Source: Candidatus Latescibacterota bacterium
GTDB lineage: Bacteria; Latescibacterota; UBA2968; UBA8231
Assembly (NCBI GenBank): GCA_965197905.1
Contig: CBDAOB010000005.1
Span: 1,408,001 to 1,472,000 of the forward strand
Length of the DNA stretch: 64,000 bases
Reading direction: 5' to 3'
Positions within the stretch are counted from its first letter, which is position 1, and each line of letters starts with the position of its first letter. Of this stretch, positions 41,400 through 51,438 are shown piece after piece. Both the position numbers and the translations under genes were made by a program. The notes beneath the pieces are model-generated. The model was not told the origin of the DNA. It saw nothing but the letters and a program-made list of their open reading frames with translations, and searched no databases.

Positions 41400-41985
41400 C
41401 GCGCTCACCGGCGGCGACCCGATCAGCGCCCGGTTCATGCGCCAGGACTTTTTCACCTACCGGCCGCAGTTCAAGCTGCTGATCGTCGGCAACCACAAGC
41501 CGGTGCTGCGGAACGTGGATGAAGCCGCCCGTCGGCGCTTCAACATTATTCCCTTTGTCCACAAACCCGAGACCCCGGACCAGCGTCTGGAAGAGAAGCT
41601 CAAAGCGGAGTATCCGGCCATCCTGCGCTGGATGATCGAGGGCTGTCTGGACTGGCGGGAGCACGGACTACTGCGGCCCGACAGCGTCCGGCAGGCCACG
41701 GCCGCCTACTTCGACGAGCAGGATCTGTTCGGACAATGGATCGAGGCCTGCTGCGAGACCGGGCCCGGGTCATGGGACACCACGGCGCGTCTTTTTGACT
41801 CCTGGAAACACTATGCAGAACGCAACGGCGAATACCCCGGCAGCACCAAGGCGTTCAGCGCCAACCTGTCCAAACGGGAGTTCCTCGCCGACCGGCGCAG
41901 CGTGCACGGTTGCACCCAGCGTATTTTCCGCGGGATTGCCGTCCAGGTCGGGCAGGATGGACGGTTGGACGGATGGGACCGATGA
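41400..41985 (+). pseudogene. P4/D5-family primase-helicase C-terminal fragment
   Basis: LTGGDPISARFMRQDFFTYRPQFKLLIVGNHKP..D.A.RRR..IPF; Walker A and primase domains absent. Confidence 0.85.
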
Positions 41986-42059
41986 AACCATTCACCGCTC
42001 ACGCGCGGGCGAGTACGCGCGCGTAGACGATCAACCGGATCACGCGTCCCATCCGTCCA
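41966..42059. repeat. 14-bp inverted repeat at the primase 3' end (putative replication origin)
   Basis: TGGACGGATGGGAC (41966-79) and GTCCCATCCGTCCA (42046-59), with short GGACGG iterations. Confidence 0.6.
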
Positions 42060-42298
42060 GTCTGTCCAGCAAGGGCACCCGACCTACCTGCATCGAGGCG
42101 CCGCCATCGGTGCCAACGGCTCAACAAAAAACTCACGGTTCCCCCGACGTTTTCCGCTCCCGTCCGGTAAGTATGTACGGTGAGGGGACAGCCCCCTCGA
42201 AACAGCCCCTGGGGGCGGGTCGGATCTTGGGGAGTGAGGGTTCGGAGACCGCGTGTGGCAGATTCTTTTTCGTGCAAAATGACGGGTGGGGGGGGTCG

Positions 42299-42652
42299 AT
42301 GCCGCAACGACCGCCGCGGCCGTGCCGCAAGCCGGGCTGCAAAAACCTGAGCGTGGACCTCGGCGGCTGTTGCCCCGAACACGCCGCCTGGGTGGATGAG
42401 ACGCACGTCCAAGCTCGCCACGCCCGGGACCGAGGGCGGGGCAGTGCGGCCCAACGGGGCTACGGCGCACCCTGGCAGCGTATCCGGCGGCAGACGCTGC
42501 GGCGCGAGCCGCTGTGCGCCCTCTGCGGCCGGGCCGCCGATGTGGTGCACCACCGGGACGAGGACCCCGACAACCACGCCGAGAACAATCTGATGAGCCT
42601 GTGCCGTGCCTGCCACGAGCGCCTGCACGGCCGGCTACGGGGACCGCGATGA
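42299..42652 (+). CDS. Terminase-associated HNH endonuclease
   Basis: MPQRPPRPCRKPGC..CPEH..RGSAAQRGY..W..R..L.REPLC..C..HH..N..NL.SLCRACH. Confidence 0.88.
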   Translation: MPQRPPRPCRKPGCKNLSVDLGGCCPEHAAWVDETHVQARHARDRGRGSAAQRGYGAPWQRIRRQTLRREPLCALCGRAADVVHHRDEDPDNHAENNLMSLCRACHERLHGRLRGPR

Positions 42653-43836
42653 TGAACCGGTTGAAAACAGCATCCTGGCGGCTCGACAAGCTCGCGCCCT
42701 ACGCCCGCAACCCGCGCGACAACGACCAGCAGATCGCACGCATGGCGGCGGCCATTCGGGAGTTCGGCTTCCGCATCCCCATCGTGGCGCGCTCCGATGG
42801 TACCGTCGTTGACGGCCACCTGCGGCTCAAGGCGGCGCGACAGCTCGGACTGGCCGAGGTGCCCGTGGTGTTGGCCGACGAGTTGAGCGACGCCCAGGTG
42901 AAAGCCTTTCGACTGTTGGCCAACCGTTCGGCGACCTGGGCGGCGTGGGACGAGGATCTCTTGACCCTCGAGCTGGAAGAGCTGCAAGCGATGGCCTACG
43001 ACGTGAGCCACACGGGCTTTGATGCCGCCGAGATCGACGCCCTGCTGGCCGAGCCCACGTCCAAGGGGTTAACCGATCCGGACGAGGTGCCCGAGCCGCC
43101 GGCCGAGCCGATCACGAAGCGGGGCGACGTGCGGGTGTTGGGCCGGCATCGGCTGATGTGCGGCGACAGCACCCAAGCCGACGATGTCCAGCACCTCCTG
43201 GGCGCGGCCCGTCCGCACCTGATGGTCACCGATCCGCCCTACGGTGTCGCCTACGACCCGGCCTGGCGCAACCGGGCGCTGGCCGGGAAGAACACCCGGC
43301 GCACCGGCCGGGTGCTCAATGATGATCGTGCCGACTGGCGCGAGGCCTGGGCGCTGTTTCCGGGTGATGTAGCCTACGTCTGGCACGGCGCCCTGCACGC
43401 CGTCACCGTGGCCGAGAGTTTGACCGCCTGCGGCTTTGAAATCCGCGCCCAGATCATCTGGGTCAAGGAGCGGCTGGTGCTCTCGCGAGGCCACTATCAC
43501 TGGATGCACGAGCCCTGCTGGTACGCCGTCAAGGGAAAGGCCCACTGGCAGGGCGGCCGCAAGCAGGTCACCGTGTGGCCGATCCCGTCGAAAGACCAGG
43601 ATGCCGCCACGACCCACGGCGCCCAGAAGCCGGTCCAATGCATGCAGCGGCCGATCGAGAATCACTCGAGCCCCGGCCAAGCGGTCTACGAGCCGTTTGC
43701 GGGGTCGGGCACGACGCTGATCGCCGCCGAGATCACGGGCCGGGCCTGCCTGGCCATGGAACTGGATCCGACCTACGTGGACGTGGCCCTCGGGCGCTGG
43801 GAAGCCTTCACCGGGCAGAAAGCGGAGGCGGCGTAA
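42649..43836 (+). CDS. ParB-N domain + N6/N4 DNA methyltransferase
   Basis: LAPYARNPR..FGFRIPI..DGHLRLKAA (ParB-N); TDPPYG, QKPV, EPFAGSGTT. Confidence 0.9.
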   Translation: MMNRLKTASWRLDKLAPYARNPRDNDQQIARMAAAIREFGFRIPIVARSDGTVVDGHLRLKAARQLGLAEVPVVLADELSDAQVKAFRLLANRSATWAAWDEDLLTLELEELQAMAYDVSHTGFDAAEIDALLAEPTSKGLTDPDEVPEPPAEPITKRGDVRVLGRHRLMCGDSTQADDVQHLLGAARPHLMVTDPPYGVAYDPAWRNRALAGKNTRRTGRVLNDDRADWREAWALFPGDVAYVWHGALHAVTVAESLTACGFEIRAQIIWVKERLVLSRGHYHWMHEPCWYAVKGKAHWQGGRKQVTVWPIPSKDQDAATTHGAQKPVQCMQRPIENHSSPGQAVYEPFAGSGTTLIAAEITGRACLAMELDPTYVDVALGRWEAFTGQKAEAA

Positions 43837-43839
43837 GCG

Positions 43840-44298
43840 ATGACCGGCCGCAAGCCTTTACCCACCCGGCTCAAGGTGCTCAAAGGGACGGCGCAGCCCT
43901 GCCGCACGAATCCGCGGGAGCCCCGCCCGGAGGTCGTCGAACTCGCTCCGCCCGAATACCTGGGAAAAACCGCCCGGGCGGAGTGGCAGCGCAAAACCGA
44001 GGTGCTGGCGCGGATGGGGGTGCTGACTCGAGGCGACGACGCGGCCCTGGCCGCCTATTGCCAGGCCTTCGAGCGCTTCGTCGAGGCCGAGGGCAAGCTG
44101 CGCCAATCGGGGTTGTTGATCAAGACCACCGGCGGCAACGTGATCCAAAACCCGCTGGTGGGCATCGCCAACCGCGCCATGGAGCTGATGCACAAGTTTT
44201 TGGGCGAGTTCGGTCTCACCCCGTCGAGCCGCACGCGCCTCCAGGCGCCGCCAGCGCACACAGACCCTTCCGAGTGGGTGGGGTTCGGGAGCGGTTGA
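43840..44298 (+). CDS. Phage terminase small subunit (P27 family)
   Basis: GRKPLPT.LK.LKG, LAAYCQA, QNPLVGIAN, EFGLTPSSR. Confidence 0.92.
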   Translation: MTGRKPLPTRLKVLKGTAQPCRTNPREPRPEVVELAPPEYLGKTARAEWQRKTEVLARMGVLTRGDDAALAAYCQAFERFVEAEGKLRQSGLLIKTTGGNVIQNPLVGIANRAMELMHKFLGEFGLTPSSRTRLQAPPAHTDPSEWVGFGSG

Positions 44299-44299
44299 G

Positions 44300-45964
44300 A
44301 TGGCCGCCACGCCCTTCGCCACCAGCGCCAACCGCTACGCCCGCCAGGTCGTGGGCGGCCAGATCGCCGCCTGCCGCTATGTGCGCCTGGCCTGCCAACG
44401 ACACCTGGACGATCTGGAACGGTCCAAGGGCAAAGACTACCCCTACCGCTGGCGGCGGGAGGCGGCGAATCGGATCTGCCGCTTCGCATCCAACATGGTG
44501 CACGTCAAGGGCCGGGCCTGGGCGGGCCGGAAACTCACCCTTGAGCCCTGGCAATGTTTCCTGTTGGCCAGCGCCTTCGGCTGGGTGCGCAAGGCCGACG
44601 GGAGGCGCCGCTTCCGCCGGCTCTACGCCGAGATTCCCCGCAAATCCGGCAAGTCCATGCTCGGCGCCACCATCGGCCTGTACCTGTTCGCCGCCGACGG
44701 TGAGCCGGGCGCCGAGGTCTATGCCGGGGCCACCAGCGAAAAACAGGCCTGGGAGGTGTTTGGCCCGGCGCGGCAGATGTGTCTGAAAAACCCCGCCTTC
44801 ACCGCCCACTTCGGCATCCACGTCGGCGCCGGCAACCTCCACATCCTCACAAGCGCCAGCCGGTTCGAGCCCGTCATCGGCAAGCCCGGCGACGGGGCCT
44901 CGCCCCATGGCGCCATCGTGGACGAGTACCACGAGCACCCCACGCCCGACCTCTACGACACCATGCTCACCGGCATGGCGGCGCGCGCCCAGCCGATGCT
45001 GGCCGTCCTCACCACCGCCGGCATCGACACCGCCGGGCCCTGCTACGCCCAACGCGACGAGGCCGTGAAGGTGCTCGACGGGGGGCTCGACAACGACCGG
45101 CTCTTCGCCGTCATCTACACGCTGGACGAGGACGACGACTGGACCGACTGGCGCGTCTGGGAGAAGGCCAACCCCAACCTGGGCGTCTCCGTCTACCCGG
45201 ACTTCCTGCGCGCGCGGCGCCAGGAGGCGCTGCAGATCGCCTCGCGGCAGAACGTCCTCAAGGGCAAGCACCTCAACATCTGGGCCCACGCCGGGGCGGC
45301 CTGGATCAACATGAGCCAATGGCATGCCTGCCGGACCGACGTGGGCCTCGACGACTTCGCCGGCGAGGCGTGCTGGCTCGGCGTGGACCTGGCCTCGAAG
45401 GTCGATCTGACGGCCCTGGCGCTGCTGTTCCGGCGCGGCGAGGACATCTATCTCTTCGCCCGCCATTACCTGCCCGAGGACACGGTCCAGCGGCCCGAGA
45501 ACGCCCACTACCAGCGCTGGGTGGCCGAGGGCCATCTCACCGCCACGCCCGGGGCGCGGACCGACTACCGCTACCTGATGGACGACCTCTTGGCCTTCGC
45601 CGAACGCTTCCGCGTCCAGGAACTGGCCTACGACCCGCGCGAGGCGGAGCTGTTGATGCAGCAGGTCCGCGAGCAGGTGGCCTTCCCCTGCATCGAGATC
45701 AACCAGGCGCCGGTCTTCATCTCCGAGCCCATGAAGGAGTTCGAGGCGCTCTATCTGTCCGGCCAGCTGCGCCACGACGGCGACCCGCTGCTGGCCTGGC
45801 AGGCCGGCAACGTGGTGCTGCGCTCCACCAAGACCAAGGCCTACTACCCGGGCAAGGAACGGCCCGACAACAAGATCGACGGCATCGTCGCCGCCCTCAT
45901 GGCGCTGTCCCGCGCCCTGCTGCACACCAACGCCCCCGTCATCGCCTTGGAGGTCTGGGACTGA
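44300..45964 (+). CDS. Phage terminase large subunit (HK97-like)
   Basis: LEPWQ, IPRKSGKS Walker A, IVDEYHEH Walker B, TTAG, KANPNLG, GVDLASKVDL, KIDGIVA. Confidence 0.95.
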   Translation: MAATPFATSANRYARQVVGGQIAACRYVRLACQRHLDDLERSKGKDYPYRWRREAANRICRFASNMVHVKGRAWAGRKLTLEPWQCFLLASAFGWVRKADGRRRFRRLYAEIPRKSGKSMLGATIGLYLFAADGEPGAEVYAGATSEKQAWEVFGPARQMCLKNPAFTAHFGIHVGAGNLHILTSASRFEPVIGKPGDGASPHGAIVDEYHEHPTPDLYDTMLTGMAARAQPMLAVLTTAGIDTAGPCYAQRDEAVKVLDGGLDNDRLFAVIYTLDEDDDWTDWRVWEKANPNLGVSVYPDFLRARRQEALQIASRQNVLKGKHLNIWAHAGAAWINMSQWHACRTDVGLDDFAGEACWLGVDLASKVDLTALALLFRRGEDIYLFARHYLPEDTVQRPENAHYQRWVAEGHLTATPGARTDYRYLMDDLLAFAERFRVQELAYDPREAELLMQQVREQVAFPCIEINQAPVFISEPMKEFEALYLSGQLRHDGDPLLAWQAGNVVLRSTKTKAYYPGKERPDNKIDGIVAALMALSRALLHTNAPVIALEVWD

Positions 45965-47223
45965 TGGGCGTTATGTCCTGGCTCCAGGGCCCCTGGCTGC
46001 AGGGCCGCAAGTTCGCCTCCCGTCGGACCTTGGAGGACCTGTTCGGCGTCTTCGCCGCGCCCGCCAAGAGCGGCGTGGCCGTGACTTGGCAGACGGCGCT
46101 CGAGGCCACCACGGTCCTGGCCTGCGCCCGCGTCGTCGCCGAGGGCTTGGCGCAGGTGCCGCTGAAGCTCTTCCGCGCCCGCGACGGGGGCCGCGTCCCG
46201 GCCTCCGACCATCCGCTGTATCAGCTGCTGGAGGAGGCGCCCAACGAATGGCAGACCCCGTTCGAGTTCATCGAGCAGATCGTCCTGCACCTGGTCTTGT
46301 GCGGCAACGCCTTTGTCTTCGTCAACCGCAGCCTGGGACCCATCGCCGAACTGCTCCCCTACGAGCCGCAGCGGGTGAGCGTCCACCGCAACGGCTATGC
46401 TCTCACCTACGAGATCGCTATCGGCGACGGCCCAACCATCCGCGTCCCGGGCGCCGAGATGTGGCATCTGCGCGGACCCTCCTGGAACGGCTGGATGGGC
46501 CTGGAGGGCGTCAAGCTGGCCCGCGAGGCCATCGGCTTGTCCTTGGCCACCGAGGAACACGGCGCCCGGCTGTTTGCCAACGGCGCCGTCGTGGGCGGCA
46601 TCCTGTCGGCCGACCAGGTGCTCAACGAGGAGCAGCGCACGGCCCTGCGCGCCTCCTGGGAGGCCCGCCACGCCGGACCGGCCAACGCCTTCAAGACCGC
46701 CGTGCTGTGGGGCGGCATGAGATTCACCTCCATGACCGCGCCCAACGACCAGGCGCAGTTCCTCGAGACCCGCAAATTCCAGGTCGAGGAGATCTGCCGC
46801 GCCTTCCGCGTGCTCCCCCTCATGGTCGGCTACGCCGACAAGACCGCCACCTACGCCAGCGCCGAGCAGATGTTCCTGGCCCACGTCGTCCATACCCTGG
46901 GACCCTGGTGCCGCCGCCTCGAAACCGGCATCGCCAAACACCTGCTCACCGACGAGGAACGACGCGAGGGCCTCTACGCCAAGTTCATGCTCAACGGCCT
47001 GCTGCGCGGCGCCGCCAAGGACCGCGCCGAGTTCTATGCCCGCCTCTACGGCATCGGCGCCCTCAACCCCAACGAGATTCGCCAGCTCGAGGACCTCAAC
47101 CCCTACGACGGCGGCGCGCGCTACCGCGTGCCCCTCAACATGACGGATCCGGCCGCTGCCGAACACAACGATGACGCGGCCACCCGTGACCCGGAGGCGG
47201 CCCATGCAGCGTCTGACCTGTAG
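45964..47223 (+). CDS. HK97-family portal protein
   Basis: LAQVPLKLF, HPLYQLL..PNEWQT, GNAF, DQAQFLETRKFQVEEICRAFRV, NEIRQLEDLNP; start ATG 45964. Confidence 0.93.
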   Translation: MGVMSWLQGPWLQGRKFASRRTLEDLFGVFAAPAKSGVAVTWQTALEATTVLACARVVAEGLAQVPLKLFRARDGGRVPASDHPLYQLLEEAPNEWQTPFEFIEQIVLHLVLCGNAFVFVNRSLGPIAELLPYEPQRVSVHRNGYALTYEIAIGDGPTIRVPGAEMWHLRGPSWNGWMGLEGVKLAREAIGLSLATEEHGARLFANGAVVGGILSADQVLNEEQRTALRASWEARHAGPANAFKTAVLWGGMRFTSMTAPNDQAQFLETRKFQVEEICRAFRVLPLMVGYADKTATYASAEQMFLAHVVHTLGPWCRRLETGIAKHLLTDEERREGLYAKFMLNGLLRGAAKDRAEFYARLYGIGALNPNEIRQLEDLNPYDGGARYRVPLNMTDPAAAEHNDDAATRDPEAAHAASDL

Positions 47224-47803
47224 CCTGCGCGAGCTCAAGTGCGCGTCCGGGGAGACCGACGCCGACCGCATGACGTTTGCCGGTTATGGCGCCGTGTTCG
47301 GCAACGTCGACGCCGACGGCGACGTCATCCTGCCCGGCGCCTTCCAGCACAGCCTCGCACAGGCTCAAGCGGGCCACACGCCCTGGCCCGTCATGCTCCT
47401 GCAGCACGGCGGCGGCCGGCTCGACGCCGGCGACCTCACCCCCATCGGCGTCTGGACGGACTTGAGAGAAGACGAGGTCGGCCTGCGCGTGAGCGGCACC
47501 CTCGCCGACACGACGCGGGGACGCGAGGTCTACACCCTGATGAAGATGGCGCCCCGGCCCGCCATCGACGGGCTCTCCATCGGCTATGTGGCCCGGGAGT
47601 GGGAATCGAGTAGGACACCGGACCCGCCCCGCCGCCGCCTCACCCGCCTCGACCTCATCGAGATCAGCCCCGTGACCTTTCCCGCTAACGCCCGAGCGCG
47701 GGTGGATCAGGTCAAGGGCAGCTGCGAGCGCGAGGCGATCAAGTCCCTCGCCGCCTTGCTGCGGCGCAACATCACTTCCATCAAAACAGCCACCCGGAGG
47801 TAA
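47204..47803 (+). CDS. HK97-family prohead protease
   Basis: FAGYGAVFGNVD..GDVILPGAF, LLQH, PIGVW, DGLSIGY, EISPVTFPAN. Confidence 0.92.
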   Translation: MQRLTCSLRELKCASGETDADRMTFAGYGAVFGNVDADGDVILPGAFQHSLAQAQAGHTPWPVMLLQHGGGRLDAGDLTPIGVWTDLREDEVGLRVSGTLADTTRGREVYTLMKMAPRPAIDGLSIGYVAREWESSRTPDPPRRRLTRLDLIEISPVTFPANARARVDQVKGSCEREAIKSLAALLRRNITSIKTATRR

Positions 47804-47806
47804 CCC

Positions 47807-49011
47807 ATGGACGAGATCAAACAGCTGCTCGACGAGCAGCACCAGGCCTTCGAGGCCTTCAAACAGACCAATGACGAACGCCTCAAGGCCATCGAGCAAA
47901 ACGGACACGCCCCGGCGGAGCTGGAGGCTAAGGTCGACACCATCAACGACGAGTTGACCCGCCTGAGCCAAGACCTGGCCTCGGTCGCCAAGAAGGCCAA
48001 CCGACCCGGCGCCGGCGCCGGCGCCGACGGCCCGTCGCCCTCGAGCACACCCAGGCGCTCGGCCGCTACTTGCGCAAGGGCGAGGACCGCGACCTGACCG
48101 GCCTCCAGCGCAAGGCCATGGCCACCTACAGCGACCCGGACGGCGGCTACTTCCTCACCGAGGAGATGGCCTCTACTATCGAACGCACCGCCACCTCCAT
48201 GGCGGCCCTCTCCAGTCTGGCCCAGACCCTTGCGGGCAACGCCGCCGTCTACAAAAAGCCCGTGCGCACCGCCGGCCTCTCCTACGCCTGGCGCGGCGAG
48301 GGCGACAGCCCCGCCGCCACCTCCACGCCCACCTTCAGCCTGCTCACCTTCGAGGCCCGCGAAGTCGACGCCTTCCCCGAGGTCACCAACGAAAGCCTCG
48401 AGGACCTGGGGTTTGACGTCGAAGCCTTCCTCACCGACGAGGTCGCCCTGGCCTTCGCCCACGCCGAGGCCGACGCCTTCCTCACCGGCGACGGCCTCGC
48501 CCGGCCCCGTGGCCTGCTCACCTACGATGCCGTGACCAACGCCAAATACGCGTGGGGGAACATCGGCTACGTCGCCTCCGGCGCAAGCGGCGCCTTCGCC
48601 GCCTCCAACCCCAGCGACACCCTCATCGACCTCGTCCATGCCCTCAAGGCCCAATACCGTGCCGCCGGCGCCTTCCTCATGAACGACCTGACCCTGGCCG
48701 CCATCCGCAAGTTTAAGGACGGCCAGGGCAACTATCTCTGGCAGCCGGGACTCCAAGCCGGCGTCGCCGGCCTGCTCCTGGGCTATCCCGTGCGCACCGA
48801 TGACGCCATGCCCGACGTCGCCGCCGCCAGCCTCGCCATCGCCTTCGGCGACTTCCGCCGCGCCTACCTCGTCTACCGCCGCCGCGGCCTGCGACTCATC
48901 CGCGACAACATCACCCACAAGGGCTTCACCGCCTTCTGGGTCACCCAGCGCCTCGGCGGCGGTGTGCAGAACTTCGAGGCCGTCAAGCTCATGAAGTTTG
49001 CCGCCAGCTAA
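47807..49011 (+). pseudogene. HK97-type major capsid protein, 1-bp frameshift near 48033
   Basis: Coiled-coil delta domain (47807-48030) then DGGYF, FLTGDG..RPRGLL, MND..IRKFKDGQGNYLWQPG, LLGYPV, FGDF in another frame. Confidence 0.88.
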
Positions 49012-49023
49012 AGGAGACCGACC

Positions 49024-49467
49024 ATGACCCGTGATCTCTACAGCAACCTCAACGCCACCCAAATCCTGGCCCCGGCCGTCTACGATGCCGACAAGAACGC
49101 CGCGGCCGTCGACCTGCAAGGCTTCGGCGCCTGCCTGCTCCTGGTCACCGTCGCCGCCGCCGGCGCCACCCTGTCCAAAACCGTCAAGATCGAACTGGAG
49201 GTCGAGGAAACCGACGATAAGGACCACGGAACCTGGACCGACGTGGACGACGCCCACCTGGCGCACGCCGTGACCGGTACCAACGACGGCTGCTTCGCCG
49301 TCATCGCCGATGCGGACGACGACAACACGGTCTACGTCACCCAATACCGCGGCCACCAACGCTACTGCCGCGTCGTGGTCAACCTCAGCGGCGCCCACGC
49401 CACCGGCACGCCCCTCGGCGTTCTCGCCCTGCGCGGCCACGCCCAGGTGGCGCCGGTCAACGCGTAA
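49024..49467 (+). CDS. Putative head-associated structural protein
   Basis: RBS AAGGAG, directly after the capsid gene, beta-rich composition. Confidence 0.55.
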   Translation: MTRDLYSNLNATQILAPAVYDADKNAAAVDLQGFGACLLLVTVAAAGATLSKTVKIELEVEETDDKDHGTWTDVDDAHLAHAVTGTNDGCFAVIADADDDNTVYVTQYRGHQRYCRVVVNLSGAHATGTPLGVLALRGHAQVAPVNA

Positions 49468-49471
49468 GCGC

Positions 49472-50070
49472 ATGCCCGGACGGCTGCGACTGATCACCGC
49501 GCCGGCCATCGAGCCGGTCACGCTCGAGCACGCCAAGCTCCACGCCCGCATCGACCATGACCTCGAGGACGACCTGCTGGCCACCTTCATCGCCGCCGCC
49601 CGCCAGCACGGGGAACACTTGACCGCACGGCAGTTCGTCGAAGCCGAGTTCGAGCTGCTCCTGGAGGCGTTCCCCCAAGGCAACGGACCCATCGCCTTGC
49701 CCCGGCCGCCGCTCCAGGCCGTCGAGGCGGTCGCCTACGTGGACTTCGACGGCGAGGAACAGACCCTGGCCGCCGCGAACTACCGCGTGGATGCCGCCGG
49801 GCAGTGCGGTGTGATCTATCCGGTCGAGGCCTTCGCATGGCCTCCCACGCGAGGACAGCCGGGCGCTGTTGCCGTCCGCTTTCAGACCGGCTGGCCCGTC
49901 GTCAACGGCGCCGCCTCCACCCCCGAGGCTATCCAGACCTGGATGCTGGCACGCGTCACCGGCGCCTCTACGAGCAGCGCGAGGCCTTCGCCCTACGGCC
50001 CCTCACCAGGCTGCCACGGGATTTCCTCGACGGGTTGCTCGATCCCTGGTGCGTGGCCCAGGTCGGCTAA
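49472..50070 (+). pseudogene. Head-tail connector (gp6-like), frameshift at ~49963
   Basis: PAIEPVTLEHAKLHARID..IAAAR..E..T.R; C-terminal LYEQRE..LLDPW in a shifted frame. Confidence 0.82.
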
Positions 50071-50071
50071 C

Positions 50072-50386
50072 ATGCCCGCCGGACGCTACCGCCACCGCGT
50101 CACCCTCCAGGACGCCGCCATCACGCGGAACGAATACGGCGAGGTCATCCGCACCTGGTACGACCGCGACACCGTCTGGGCCGCCGTCGACACCCTCAAA
50201 GGGGACGAGTACTTCGCCGCCCGCACCCTCCTCAACGCCGTCAGCCACCGCCTCACCCTCCGCTACCGCGCCGACCTCACCCCCCATCACCGCCTCCTGT
50301 TCGAAGGCCGCACCTTCGACATCGAAGCCGTCCTCCCGGACTCCCGCAAGACCCGCCTCATCCTCATGTGCTCCGAGCTCGTCTAA
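50072..50386 (+). CDS. Phage head closure / head-tail adaptor (SPP1 gp16-like)
   Basis: AGRYRHRVTLQ..NEYGE..W..VWAAV..G.EY..RYRADL..RLLFEGRTFDIEAV. Confidence 0.88.
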   Translation: MPAGRYRHRVTLQDAAITRNEYGEVIRTWYDRDTVWAAVDTLKGDEYFAARTLLNAVSHRLTLRYRADLTPHHRLLFEGRTFDIEAVLPDSRKTRLILMCSELV

Positions 50387-50564
50387 GCACCAGGCCGATC
50401 CGTGACCGGGCCCGGACTCACGGGAACAGACCGTCCGACTTCCTTGCCGGACGCCGGCATCCGATCCAGTCCAGGATCGGGCCGGAACTCCTTCCGGCGC
50501 CTTGAGGCGGACAAGGCGCCGCCGATCTCGATGGCGTTGACCTGCGTAGTGTCCAGGCGTTTCT

Positions 50565-50750
50565 CGCGGCCTCCGATCCGGCCTTCCTGGACGCGGTCCT
50601 GGACGACGAGCGCGGCTGGCGCGAACTGACCGTTCCCCCCAGGAGCCTGATGGTGTTCCGGCACCGGATGCTGACGGACTTCTCAATCGAGCCGTTCGAG
50701 TTCGTCGCGCAGGGCCAGGCGGCGGAAGAACGCCCCTCCCGAGGAGGCGC
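50565..50750 (+). pseudogene. C-terminal fragment of a class II glutamine amidotransferase-like gene
   Basis: ASDPAFLDAVLDDERGWRELTVPPRSLMVF directly upstream of GGCT, as in amidoligase-GATase-GGCT cassettes. Confidence 0.4.
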
Positions 50751-50751
50751 C

Positions 50752-51307
50752 ATGACGCCGAGAGAGAAGCCGACAGAACCCAGAGAAGCCCCGAAGAAGA
50801 ACACATCCCCCGTACTGAAGCTCTTCGTCTACGGCACGCTCAAGCGCGGCTACTGGAATCACGACGCCTTCTGCCTGGGCGTGCTGGAGGTCCGGGAAGC
50901 GCAGGTGCGGGGCCGGCTCTACGAGGGGCCCGGCTTCCCGGTCATAGAGGTTCCGGACGAGGACATTCTCGCCCATGGGACTGCCGATCGATCCGTTGGC
51001 CGACGTGGCCACACAGGTGCGCCTGTCCGATTGGGTGGGGAAACACACCCCCGACCGGTCCCCGGAAGCGCGACACTGGGCGCCTGGGGCGCCGTGTCCG
51101 GGGAGCTGGTCTCCTTCAACGACCCCGAATCCCGCCTGCCCGCCATCGACCGCCTGGAGGGCTTCCGCCCGGGCGGTTCCAGCCTCTACCGGCGCGTGCT
51201 AAGTTCCGGCGACGGTGAACGAAGTACGCGAGCTCGCCTGGGTCTACACGGTCGAGACGACCGGCATCAAGCGGCGCCGAATCGTCTCCGGCCGCTGGCC
51301 GAAGTAA
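50752..51307 (+). pseudogene. Gamma-glutamylcyclotransferase (AIG2-like), frameshifted
   Basis: LFVYGTLKRG, GRLYEGPGFP, IDRLEGF..LYRRV, AWVY; GATC duplication at 50986-93 and further shifts. Confidence 0.8.
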
Positions 51308-51350
51308 GGTCCGCCCACTCCCCCTAAGAGTCTCCCTTCACGAAAATATC

Positions 51351-51365
51351 TGTCATTAATTGACA
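51351..51365. promoter_or_regulatory. Palindromic operator overlapping a TTGACA box upstream of the HTH gene
   Basis: TGTCA-TTAAT-TGACA in an AT-rich patch. Confidence 0.5.
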
Positions 51366-51438
51366 AGAACTGTAATATACATGGCTATTATGAGCTGTCT
51401 TTGGCAAAGATCGTCTTGCGGCTGGAGAGGTGTACGGG

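Noticed and set aside
48020..48100. Programmed ribosomal frameshift in the capsid gene
   Set aside because: No slippery heptamer; one missing C explains it and neighbouring genes carry similar lesions.
44216..49692. Long minus-strand ORFs (569, 475 and 661 aa) and the 814-aa extension of the portal ORF
   Set aside because: Shadow frames of very GC-rich phage genes; the real portal starts at ATG 45964.
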